Positions 38,554 through 47,782 of a DNA stretch of 64,000 nt are shown here, in pieces. Both the position numbers and the translations under genes were made by a program. How positions within the stretch are numbered: position 1 is the first letter of the stretch; each line of letters opens with the position of its first letter. The notes under the pieces are model-generated. The model was not told the DNA's origin. It saw only the letters and a program-made list of their open reading frames with translations, and searched no databases. The stretch comes from Spirochaetota bacterium (lineage in GTDB: Bacteria; Spirochaetota; UBA4802; UBA5550): assembly GCA_963663865.1 (NCBI GenBank), contig OY760686.1, positions 448,001 through 512,000 on the forward strand, given 5' to 3'.

Positions 38554-39624
38554 TCAGTTGTATATTATTATTTCGGATTCTTTTTTACGCTGTTCAATCC
38601 ATTTACTGAACTGTGCTGTCATGTTTTCGTAATAAAGCCTGTTCATTATCATGTTTTTTACGCGGTCATACGTTATCTGCTTTCTTCCGAGATACTTAAT
38701 AACGTGGTATCCGAAGGAAGACTTGATAACAGGCGATATTTCGCCGTATTTTTTCATCTGGAAAACGGCTGACGCGAAAAGGGGATCAAGCTCAGCCAGC
38801 ATGACCCAGCCCAGATCGCCGCCGTTCCCACGCGAGCCCGGATCTTCTGAGTGCTTTGCCGCAAGGGCCTCGAATGATTCACCTGCAAGCGCCCTTTTTC
38901 TGAGGTTTTCAAGCTCGACGCTTGCGTCTCTCTGAGCCTTGAAAGAGTTGCCGGAAGGCCTTATCAGAATATGCTTAACATGTACCTCATAGCCCAACTT
39001 GCTCCTGTTGGCGTTGTACCATGCCATTGCTTCCTTCTCAGAAGGTGGAGAGGCGCCTATAGCGATTGACATGAGCTGTTCGCGCTTCATGCCGTTTCGG
39101 AGCTCTTCGATGTAGCTGTCAAAGTCCATCTTTTCATTTTTCTGGACATGAAGAGCGAAGGATTTAAGGTTTTCGTTGGATATTCTGTTAACATCAACAT
39201 AGCCGTATTTTTCTTTGAGAGAAAATATCGCTGATACTGCCTTTTTGGTTTCAGATTCTCTCTCAGCTGCTGAGTTAATTGTACGGGCAAGGAATTGCTC
39301 AACAGTTGATTTCAGGTGTTCAGAGAGTTTCTTGTCGCTTATGATTATTGACATCTCCTCGGAGCGTTCCGCTACAAGCGCGTCTTCTATGTGTTTTTCG
39401 ATGAGTTTATCTCTTTCCGTTTTTTCCTGGGCAGGAGAAAGCCTGCGGCTTTCCTTTATGTAATTCAGCCGCGATTCGATTTCACTCTGTATGATCGGGC
39501 GGTTGTTGACTACCGCAATTACCCTGTCATAAGGCTCCCATGACTGCGCTTCAGCTGGTGATAGTATCGTCGCAAAGAGCAGTATCGTAAGCGTCTTGTT
39601 TAATATCATATTCATCTCTTTCAC
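38554..39624 (-). CDS. SurA-like parvulin peptidyl-prolyl isomerase
   Basis: Signal peptide, DRVIAVVNNRPI, HILI, SEDPGSRGNGGDLGW, SSFGYHVIK. Confidence 0.9.
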   Translation of the reverse strand: MKEMNMILNKTLTILLFATILSPAEAQSWEPYDRVIAVVNNRPIIQSEIESRLNYIKESRRLSPAQEKTERDKLIEKHIEDALVAERSEEMSIIISDKKLSEHLKSTVEQFLARTINSAAERESETKKAVSAIFSLKEKYGYVDVNRISNENLKSFALHVQKNEKMDFDSYIEELRNGMKREQLMSIAIGASPPSEKEAMAWYNANRSKLGYEVHVKHILIRPSGNSFKAQRDASVELENLRKRALAGESFEALAAKHSEDPGSRGNGGDLGWVMLAELDPLFASAVFQMKKYGEISPVIKSSFGYHVIKYLGRKQITYDRVKNMIMNRLYYENMTAQFSKWIEQRKKESEIIIYN

Positions 39625-40419
39625 CTATATGACCAGTTTAGTGAGCCTGGCGGTGTTTATTCCGAAAAATTTTTCTTTTAAAAGCTGCATTGATTCTGTC
39701 AGATCGGAGGCGTAAAGCTCTACCGTCCCGGGTTCGTCTGAATTTCTGAAGATTTGTCTCTCCTGCAGGATGCTGCTTACTTCATGGGCAATCTCTTCTC
39801 CTGTATCGACAAGGTCAATATCCGGATATACCGTTTTTATGGATTTTTTCAGGAGCGGGAAATGTGTACATCCCAGAATAAGCGTCCTGACACCGGAGAC
39901 GTACATGCCTTCCAGGTATTCACGGGCCGCAAGCCTGGCGATTTCTGTTTGGGTAAGGCCTTCCTCAGCAAGGGAGACAAACAGAGTTGCCTGCTGCTGA
40001 ATCACCGCTGAATCAGGCCTTATGCGGCGTATAGCTTTGACATATGAACCGCTGTTGACGGTTGCTCTCGTCCCAATGACGCCTATGGGCCCGTTCTGCG
40101 ATCTCGCGCATGCGGCGCGCGCGCCCGCTTCGATTACTCCGATGACAGGCACCGAGCACTCTGTTCTGAGCGTTTCAAGCGCGGCAGCAGATGCTGTGTT
40201 GCAGGCGATTACTATCATCTTGACATTTCTCGATGTCAGGTATTCTGTTATTTCGCGTGAATATCTGATAATGGTATCCTGCGATCTTGTCCCGTATGGG
40301 AACCTGGCTGTATCGCCGAAATAGACTATGTTTTCCGAAGGAAGGAGGTCGCGTACAGCTCTGCACACAGTAAGCCCTCCAATCCCGGAGTCGAATATTC
40401 CAATTGGTCTCTCTGACAT
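39625..40419 (-). CDS. murI: Glutamate racemase
   Basis: IGIFDSGIGGL, PYG, IACNTAS, LGCTHFP. Confidence 0.97.
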   Translation of the reverse strand: MSERPIGIFDSGIGGLTVCRAVRDLLPSENIVYFGDTARFPYGTRSQDTIIRYSREITEYLTSRNVKMIVIACNTASAAALETLRTECSVPVIGVIEAGARAACARSQNGPIGVIGTRATVNSGSYVKAIRRIRPDSAVIQQQATLFVSLAEEGLTQTEIARLAAREYLEGMYVSGVRTLILGCTHFPLLKKSIKTVYPDIDLVDTGEEIAHEVSSILQERQIFRNSDEPGTVELYASDLTESMQLLKEKFFGINTARLTKLVI

Positions 40420-40431
40420 TTATTTCCCGGA

Positions 40432-42018
40432 TTATTTTTCTGATTCATGTTTTTTAAAGAGCATGTACTCAATGCTGTCAACAAGCGCTAACCATGAGGC
40501 TTCTATTATGTTGGATGATACGCCCACTGTTCCCCAGTTGAAGGAGTCTGTTTTCTGGTCCATAAGAACCCTGACCCGCGATGCCGTGCCTTCTTTGCCG
40601 TTGAGAACGCGCACCTTGTAGTCGGTGAGCTGTATCTCCGATATCTCGGGGAAGAATTTGCTTAGCGCCTTTCTGAGCGCACGGTCGAGCGCGTCTATGG
40701 GGCCGTTGCCCATGGCCGCGGTATGTTCAATCCGTCCGTCGACTTCGACCTTGATTGTAGCCTCGCACTCCATCTCGCCGATTTCAGACATCTCTGTTAT
40801 GACTCTGAACCCTTTCAGGGTAAAAAATGGAGTGTACTCGCCTGACTCTGCTCTGAAGATCAGCTCATAGGAGCCGTCCGCGGCTTCGAATTGATAGCCC
40901 TCTTCTTCGAGCTTCTTAATGCGAGCGAGTATGGATTTAGCTTTTTCCTGGTTCTTTGACAGGTCAATTCCGAGCTCTCTGGCTTTAAACTCTATATTGC
41001 CTCTTCCGGAAAGTTCGGATATAAGAACCTGTCTCTGGTTACCAACAAGAGACGGGTCAATGTGCTCGTATGTTCTCGTGTCTTTTTGGAGCGCTGAGAC
41101 GTGAATTCCGCCTTTATGAGCAAAGGCATTTTCTCCAACATAGGGGAGTCTTGCATTGTGAATAATGTTCGCTGTTTCGCTCACAAACCTGCTTGTTTCT
41201 GTTAGAATATCGAGTTTAGCGGAAGCAGCGCAGGTATAGTCCATCTTCAGCGTGATATTGGGAATCAGCGTCATCAGATCGCAGTTGCCGCATCTTTCCC
41301 CGAGGCCGTTTATAGTCCCCTGTACCGAAACCGCACCCGCAAGTACAGAGGATATTGAGTTGGCTACGGCAACCCCTGTGTCATTGTGAAAGTGGACTCC
41401 AAGGGGTGTTTTAATCGAGTTAGCGGTATCTGAGGTAATCTGAGATACCTCATGAGGCAGCGTGCCCCCGTTTGTGTCGCAAAGAACGATCATGTCGGCG
41501 CCTGCGGCGCAGGCGGCTTCGATTGACGCAAGCGAATACTCGGGGTTGGATTTGAACCCGTCGAAGTAGTGTTCCGCGTCGAGGAATACGGAGAATCCCC
41601 TGTCCTTCAGGTACTCGACTGTTTCTTTGATAAGGGTGAGGTTTTCATTAAGGCTGATGCCGAGCGCCTTTTCAACCTGGAAGTCCCATCCCTTGGCCAC
41701 CACAGTAATGACGTCTGCGCGGGAGTTCACAAGGGCCTGCAGGAAGTGGTCTTCGTGCACAGTCATGTTTCGGCGCTTTGTTGATCCGAAAGCTGCTATC
41801 TTCGAGTGTTCGATTTTTTCCCGGCGGATAAGCTCGAAAAACTCTTCATCTTTCGGATTTGAACCGGGCCATCCGCCCTCAATGTAGTCAATACGCATTC
41901 TGTCGAGGGCCACGGCTACTCTGAGCTTGTCCTGCAGGGAAAAGCTGATGCCTCGCGTCTGAGCGCCGTCGCGAAGGGTGGTATCATATATTGATATCTG
42001 TTTTTTAGTCATAGTCAT
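40432..42018 (-). CDS. cimA: Citramalate synthase (LeuA-like)
   Basis: YDTTLRDGAQ, EGGWPGSNPKD, DAEHYFDG, HFHND, AFAHKGGIH, YEHI, WGTVGVSSNIIEASWLAL. Confidence 0.92.
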   Translation of the reverse strand: MTMTKKQISIYDTTLRDGAQTRGISFSLQDKLRVAVALDRMRIDYIEGGWPGSNPKDEEFFELIRREKIEHSKIAAFGSTKRRNMTVHEDHFLQALVNSRADVITVVAKGWDFQVEKALGISLNENLTLIKETVEYLKDRGFSVFLDAEHYFDGFKSNPEYSLASIEAACAAGADMIVLCDTNGGTLPHEVSQITSDTANSIKTPLGVHFHNDTGVAVANSISSVLAGAVSVQGTINGLGERCGNCDLMTLIPNITLKMDYTCAASAKLDILTETSRFVSETANIIHNARLPYVGENAFAHKGGIHVSALQKDTRTYEHIDPSLVGNQRQVLISELSGRGNIEFKARELGIDLSKNQEKAKSILARIKKLEEEGYQFEAADGSYELIFRAESGEYTPFFTLKGFRVITEMSEIGEMECEATIKVEVDGRIEHTAAMGNGPIDALDRALRKALSKFFPEISEIQLTDYKVRVLNGKEGTASRVRVLMDQKTDSFNWGTVGVSSNIIEASWLALVDSIEYMLFKKHESEK

Positions 42019-42223
42019 TACAGTATCGGCATCGTGTTCTTGCGTGACTGTTATTTCAAGTATTTTTTAAAGAGCCGTAATTATAATATTCTTGACTCTT
42101 TGGTCTTGAAAAGGTTTCATTTAATGTTCAGCATCAGTAATAAATTATAAAACAGGATAAGCGTACTGCACCGGGCTGTTGCTGGCATTATCAGCGCCAA
42201 CTATTTACGGGGATGAGGCGGTT

Positions 42224-43591
42224 GTGACATATCTACTGATCGCAATGATTGTTATCGCTGTTGCCGTTTCAGCGTTTTTCTTTAAAAGTACGCGTCTTTC
42301 TTCGAGAATACGGCGCGCGGAAGATGCTTTCGCGGAAGAGGATTATACCCGCGCCGGAGAAATAGTTAAAGATATACTCGACAAAAACCACGATTATCCC
42401 CCTGCCAGATATCTGAAGGCCAGGCTTCTGATACACCAGAACCAGTATGTTATGGCAATATATGAGCTGAATTCCATACTGACCCTTCCCGACTTTAGAA
42501 CTTACGCGAGTGAGTATGAGCTGAGAAGTCAACTTGCCCACCTGTACAGCGAGACCAAGAATTGGGATAAAGAAATAGAAGAGTACAAGATGATTCTGAT
42601 GATTCAGCCCGACGATGTAAACGCCAATTACAGATTAGGTCACGCTCTTTACTCTATGAAAAACTATCACTCAGCTTTTACTTATCTGCAGAAGTCCTTT
42701 GAGGCTGATCCCACAAAGACGGAAAACCTTCTTCCTCTTGGGGTTTGTTACTTTCATGTCGGAGATCATGAAAAATCTGAACTCAACCTGCTCAGAGCTC
42801 TCGAAACTGGAAATGCCGGAGAGGAAGCCCGGTTCTACCTGGGATCCATATATTTTTCAAAGAAAAAGTACGAGGAAGCCGCCGCGTTGCTTGAGATTTC
42901 CAGAAAGGACAGGCGATATTTCGTCAAAAGTCTTTTTCTGCTTGCGAAGATATTCTATGAACAGGAAAACTACGAAAGGGCGGTTGAGATACTTGAGGAG
43001 GGGCTGGGAAACCTTAAGGAAAAAACCGATGAGGCATATGAGTACAGGTATCTGCTCGCGGAGTGCTATGAAATGCTTAACAGGCTGAAGGAAGCGATAC
43101 ATCACTGGGAAAAGATTTATTCAGACAATCCGTCTTACAGGGCTGTAAAGGTCAAGCTTGACACCTATAACGCGATTCTTCAGGATGATACGCTGACAAT
43201 GGTCTATCAGTCCTCTATTGAGGAGCTGCAGCCTCTGATTGTGGAGATGATATCTGGGCTTCAGTACAATATTATAGCCCGCGAAAGGATCAACTCAAAT
43301 GAATACCAGTACAGGGCTTTTAATATAAAGCGGATAAATGAACCTCCGATTCTCATATACTTCAACCGGAGCATCCGGGAGATTACAGAAAATCAGATCG
43401 CTCAGTTTCAGGATAAGCTGAATAGTGAAAAATGCAGAAGCGGAATATATATTACCACAAACAAGTACAGCCTGAGGGCAAAAGCGACAGCGGCATCCAG
43501 ACAGATTGAGCTATACGACCGGGAGCTTGTGTCAAGGGTGCTTGAAAAGACGAGAATAAAGAAAAAGTATCAAACAGGCAGGGGGAATTGA
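42224..43591 (+). CDS. Membrane-anchored TPR protein with C-terminal Mrr/restriction-endonuclease-like domain
   Basis: N-terminal TM, multiple TPRs, C-terminal GIYITTNKYS..A...A...IELYD. GTG 42224 after GAGG. Confidence 0.8.
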   Translation: MTYLLIAMIVIAVAVSAFFFKSTRLSSRIRRAEDAFAEEDYTRAGEIVKDILDKNHDYPPARYLKARLLIHQNQYVMAIYELNSILTLPDFRTYASEYELRSQLAHLYSETKNWDKEIEEYKMILMIQPDDVNANYRLGHALYSMKNYHSAFTYLQKSFEADPTKTENLLPLGVCYFHVGDHEKSELNLLRALETGNAGEEARFYLGSIYFSKKKYEEAAALLEISRKDRRYFVKSLFLLAKIFYEQENYERAVEILEEGLGNLKEKTDEAYEYRYLLAECYEMLNRLKEAIHHWEKIYSDNPSYRAVKVKLDTYNAILQDDTLTMVYQSSIEELQPLIVEMISGLQYNIIARERINSNEYQYRAFNIKRINEPPILIYFNRSIREITENQIAQFQDKLNSEKCRSGIYITTNKYSLRAKATAASRQIELYDRELVSRVLEKTRIKKKYQTGRGN

Positions 43592-44625
43592 TTTTGTTGT
43601 ACAGTAGAATTATAACAGCTGCGGCATGTTTGCTTGCCGTGATAGGTACAGGCGCCTGCACAGAAACACCGGCAGAGAAGCTCATGTCCGATACTGCGGC
43701 GTACGGAAGGGGAGAGTCGATAGAGGTAAGGACGCTTGAAAAAGACCTTCTGGAGGTGTGTAAATCCGCTGAGATGCCCGCTTCTACCGCTGTGTTCAGA
43801 ACATGCGCGGTGGATTTCAAAGGCATAACAGCAGAGATTGTACATCCCTTTAAGCTTAAAATAGAGCTTCAGGATGAGAAGATGAATGCTTTTGCAGCCG
43901 TTTCTGATACACTCGCGGTTTTCAGCGACGGTTATTCCGTGTCGGTTTACAACCGCGAAGGAGTTTCCCTTGCCGACAAAAAGCTGGCAGAAAAGAAAAG
44001 CCCAATAAAGGCTATCACCGTTTCAGGGGAAACTATCTATTACTACTCTGACATGAGGGTGCATTCATTTGACTATAAAGCTGATAAAGCAATGCCTGTA
44101 ACGGAGCAGCGATTCAGCCCACCATACTCAAAATACTATCATGCTGAGCTTTATCCGGATGGAAATAATCTTGGTGTGCTGGCCGGTGCGGCAGGAGATT
44201 ACTATTTCAGTGTTATTGATCTTGCCGATGGAAGTCCGGTTTTGTCCAATGTTGGGTGCGCATCTTCAAAGCTTGATTTTACAGGCGGCAGGCTGCTCTA
44301 TATATCATCAACAAGGTCTGGCTGGCTTCTTCAGGAATACACACTTTCTCCCAAGAAAAAGAATCTGCTTCAGCGTATTGGCGACATCAAGGACATAGAG
44401 CTCTTCAGCGACTGCTTTTACATGGAAGGAGTTATGGGGTTTTTCCTTCACAGGCTTAATGAACGGGTTCTTTTGATTCCGTTCAGCTTTACCCTGGCCG
44501 GTTCATCGGCCGGCTCAGTCCTTATTGAATATGAGGATAAAATATATCCGTGTCCGCCAAGAAAGCTGATGAACTTTATGGTGACCATGAGGGATTCCGC
44601 TCCGGAGCTGTTTAACGGTGAGTGA
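43588..44625 (+). CDS. Lipoprotein, probable beta-propeller
   Basis: Lipobox GTGAC and beta-rich repeats. Overlaps the stop of the upstream gene. Confidence 0.7.
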   Translation: MILLYSRIITAAACLLAVIGTGACTETPAEKLMSDTAAYGRGESIEVRTLEKDLLEVCKSAEMPASTAVFRTCAVDFKGITAEIVHPFKLKIELQDEKMNAFAAVSDTLAVFSDGYSVSVYNREGVSLADKKLAEKKSPIKAITVSGETIYYYSDMRVHSFDYKADKAMPVTEQRFSPPYSKYYHAELYPDGNNLGVLAGAAGDYYFSVIDLADGSPVLSNVGCASSKLDFTGGRLLYISSTRSGWLLQEYTLSPKKKNLLQRIGDIKDIELFSDCFYMEGVMGFFLHRLNERVLLIPFSFTLAGSSAGSVLIEYEDKIYPCPPRKLMNFMVTMRDSAPELFNGE

Positions 44626-44629
44626 GGCC

Positions 44630-45160
44630 TCATCTTGAGAGAGAAGGATTTAGCAGAATTCTAAAGCTGCAGTCGACGGTTTCAGTGATTATTATGTTTC
44701 CGTCGCTGACTTTCACCCGAGCCGAGCATGGTATCTCTGAGCCTGCGGTTATCTTCGCGGCAAGCGCTGGCGATACTCCGCAAAACTGTTCAAGCAGGGT
44801 TCCGGCAAGGGAAAAGCCGTGAATTCTGTTATCTGTAATGTCGACTCTTTCCGCGGGGAATGCGCTGCCGTCCGATGGATTAATGAACTCAACTTTTACA
44901 GTCTCCGATCTCGGTTCTTTCGCGAGAAGGAAGCTGAAGCATACCGTATCACCCTGAAAGTATATCTCATTGAACAGGTCTCTGTTTGTGAGCGGGCCTG
45001 CCGGAGCGCTGAGCCCGAAATCCAGCGAATGACGGCTGACGGCACCATTGCTGTCAAGAGAAGAGCCTGAAGCTGATTCCAGGACCTTCTGAGGCTGTTG
45101 GGTGCATGAAAGAACAGCCAGCAGGCAGGCCAGAGCGGCTGTCGACATTGACTGCTTCAT
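44630..45160 (-). CDS. Hypothetical lipoprotein
   Basis: Lipobox LAVLSC. Start overlaps the upstream stop. Confidence 0.7.
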   Translation of the reverse strand: MKQSMSTAALACLLAVLSCTQQPQKVLESASGSSLDSNGAVSRHSLDFGLSAPAGPLTNRDLFNEIYFQGDTVCFSFLLAKEPRSETVKVEFINPSDGSAFPAERVDITDNRIHGFSLAGTLLEQFCGVSPALAAKITAGSEIPCSARVKVSDGNIIITETVDCSFRILLNPSLSR

Positions 45161-46161
45161 TATTTACTTCCGGTTTCGAACTTCCACCAGCCCTTTAGGG
45201 CAAGCTCATCGTCCCGTACAAGCGTGAATCTGCCAAAGTAGTCCGCGAGAACATCTCTGAAGCCCCGGCTGAGCTGCAGGGAGCCTTTTATGTAAGAGAG
45301 TGATTCGCCGTGATACTCTTCAATACAATCCGTGTTAATAAGACCGGCCAGGTTTCTGTGCCTGGAGTAAATGTAAAGGAATAGGGGCTCGAATATTGAG
45401 CAGGCAAGGTCAATTTCGGTATCAACGGGATTAAGCACATTAAGCGCGGCGGAAAAAAGGTCATAACTTATGAATGGAAAAAGATTGAAAGATATACGGT
45501 AGAGCTCTTCGCCGGCCATGGCTGAAAGCTTTCTCGAAATCTCGCTTTCGTTAAGTTCTTCAAAAAGTGCGTAAGTGTGAAAATACTGGTCAGACTCAAT
45601 GTGATCGGTTTCTCTGAGCTTAATCGGAAATATTGTGCCGTTAGTGCCCCGGTTTAAAGTCAGTTCGGGGATGAGCCTTGACTTGAAGAAAACCTTGGAG
45701 GTGCTGTACGACGGGAAAAAGTCGGAACCGCCGCTTTCAATGATATCCCCGTATCCCGATTGAAATTTAAAGTCTATTCGGAAGATATGCGTTAAATCTA
45801 TCAACGTGCCTTTCATTTTTTTAATGAAGTGAAGAGAGTGTTGATCGGAGGCAGGCATCCTTTTTTGAAGGAGTTTGTGGTCTGCAAGGTACTCCGGGAT
45901 ATAATTCTTGATTGACGCGACAATGCTCTCTCCGAGGCTGTAGTCCAGTTCGCTCGCGTGAATGCGGGGAATAACGATCTCACTGTCGAGCAGTAAAAAC
46001 TCGTTTTTCCTGATATCGAGATATGTTCCCGATATCCTGTTTGAGCTCTCTGTGGAAATGGAAGAAAGCAGTCTGTCGATTGGGGATAGGCTCATTCGAT
46101 GCGGATACCCTTCAGTAATATTGTGCTTCCCATCTGAAACCTGAAATGCCATTCCTGTCAA
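45160..46161 (-). CDS. Hypothetical cytoplasmic protein (start uncertain)
   Basis: 333-aa ORF with no recognised motif. Confidence 0.7.
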   Translation of the reverse strand: MTGMAFQVSDGKHNITEGYPHRMSLSPIDRLLSSISTESSNRISGTYLDIRKNEFLLLDSEIVIPRIHASELDYSLGESIVASIKNYIPEYLADHKLLQKRMPASDQHSLHFIKKMKGTLIDLTHIFRIDFKFQSGYGDIIESGGSDFFPSYSTSKVFFKSRLIPELTLNRGTNGTIFPIKLRETDHIESDQYFHTYALFEELNESEISRKLSAMAGEELYRISFNLFPFISYDLFSAALNVLNPVDTEIDLACSIFEPLFLYIYSRHRNLAGLINTDCIEEYHGESLSYIKGSLQLSRGFRDVLADYFGRFTLVRDDELALKGWWKFETGSK

Positions 46162-46185
46162 CGGATATTTACCCGCAGAATAAAA

Positions 46186-46755
46186 TCAGTCGGAGATTCC
46201 GAGCTTGCGCATTACCTGGTCGAGCTTCTTAAAGACATCCTGAAAGCTGTCGTTAATTCTGAGCTTCTTAACAGATACCCGTTTCCCTTCTAAGATGTCG
46301 TCAAAGTACTTTTCAAGCAGAAGCATCTGACCCGAAATGCCAGCCGTCTGTTTAAGAACAAGCAGGATGAGGGCGATACCGGAAAGCAAAGCGAGCGCGG
46401 CAATGATCAAAACAGACCAGACGGTAGAGCCCCTGAGCCCGGAGATTTTCTCAGCGGTTGTCTTCACCATTTTTGAATAATGCTCCATTTCAAGCCTGAG
46501 CTTTTCTTCAGAGGTGCGCAGTTCAGAGTCAGGGTTGGCGGAGACATGTAAAAGGGTTTTATATAGTTCCTGTTGTATGTCATGATATGCCTGCTGCTCT
46601 TCTTCAACCTGTTTCAGGGTAAGATTATCCGAGACGGAAGTCCAGACAGTGTACGCCGCCGCTGAGGCCGTTACGATTAAAACAGCCGCCGCTGCCTGAA
46701 CGGCTCTGGGGAACTGATAGCTCTTGTTTATTAGCAGTTTTCTTCGGGGCAGCAT
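46186..46755 (-). CDS. Two-TM membrane protein with HAMP-like stub (sensor-like module without output domain)
   Basis: RRKLLINKSYQ, two TM helices flanking a helical periplasmic segment, ISG...LRIND tail. GGAG RBS. Confidence 0.7.
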   Translation of the reverse strand: MLPRRKLLINKSYQFPRAVQAAAAVLIVTASAAAYTVWTSVSDNLTLKQVEEEQQAYHDIQQELYKTLLHVSANPDSELRTSEEKLRLEMEHYSKMVKTTAEKISGLRGSTVWSVLIIAALALLSGIALILLVLKQTAGISGQMLLLEKYFDDILEGKRVSVKKLRINDSFQDVFKKLDQVMRKLGISD

Positions 46756-46891
46756 GGCGGTCTCCTGGTATAGGTGATGAATATCATTAACCCGGCTTAA
46801 AATGGAGTAAGACGTATCAAGGGATATCTAATTCCCACTAATGACGGCGACACTTTATCAAAAGAGAAGGAAAAAGTCAAAAATAATCGTT

Positions 46892-47767
46892 TTATTGAGT
46901 AAGTATTTTCACCAGCTCATCTGCTCCGTTGTGCCTGGATTTAGTCCTTTTACAGTTTGAAACTCGCCAGAACTGATCTTCAAACTGGCGCCTGAAGGGA
47001 ATGAAAATAGCGTTTGTAGCGAGCCGACGGTTTTCCCAGAAGAAGTTATAACCCGCTCCCCCGACTATAAGGTCGAAGGCCCTGAAGTAGTCCATGGCTG
47101 GAAATATACCGTCAAGGAGGCCGTTGGAAGAAAAGACACTGTAACCCTCATTCTCAAGACCCGGTCTGTGCCTCATAATCTCTTCGAATTCGCCCTCTTT
47201 CCCTGAGGCGCAGATAAGGCAGTTCCTGTCACCGCGGTTCAGGCCGAGTCTTTCAGAGGCGTCCGCACGGGAGAGAACCTCATCCTGGTTTCTTATCGTA
47301 AATGGATTCAGCTTTATTGTTGAGAAGGAGAAGCCCCAGGGTTCAGTCTCAATTATTTCATCAAAGCACTGTGTGTCTAAAACGAAACTTAATTCAGGGA
47401 TTGATATTTTGAAAAAGGATGGATTAACCTGGCGGAGCAGAAGGAGCTTCCTGCCTGGAAGGGAGGAAGCCATATTCTGTAAAGAGAACCAGAGCAAATC
47501 AATAAGTATAATATCTGGAGCAAGAGCGGCCAGTTCTCGGAAGAGAATGGATTTTTCAAAGTTTTCTCTGGTGAAGGTGCTTAGTGGTTCAGCCGGTATG
47601 AAGGTGTGAGTTATTCCTGCAAGCTCAGCAGGCCTGACGTTTTCTGAAGAGCTCAATATTGTGAATTCACAATCAATACCGGCCCGCTTAAGGGCATTGC
47701 CGACGGAAATGCCCTTGACCAGACGGCCGATTCCAGTTAGACCCGATGTTACATACGCAACTTTCAA
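46892..47767 (-). CDS. GT-B fold glycosyltransferase-like protein (GT28 C-terminal-like)
   Basis: TSGLTGIGR, DLIVGGAGYNFFWE, IPFRRQFEDQFWR. TTG start 15 nt after the upstream lipoprotein stop. Confidence 0.75.
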   Translation of the reverse strand: MKVAYVTSGLTGIGRLVKGISVGNALKRAGIDCEFTILSSSENVRPAELAGITHTFIPAEPLSTFTRENFEKSILFRELAALAPDIILIDLLWFSLQNMASSLPGRKLLLLRQVNPSFFKISIPELSFVLDTQCFDEIIETEPWGFSFSTIKLNPFTIRNQDEVLSRADASERLGLNRGDRNCLICASGKEGEFEEIMRHRPGLENEGYSVFSSNGLLDGIFPAMDYFRAFDLIVGGAGYNFFWENRRLATNAIFIPFRRQFEDQFWRVSNCKRTKSRHNGADELVKILTQ

Positions 47768-47782
47768 ATGAATGACTTAATA

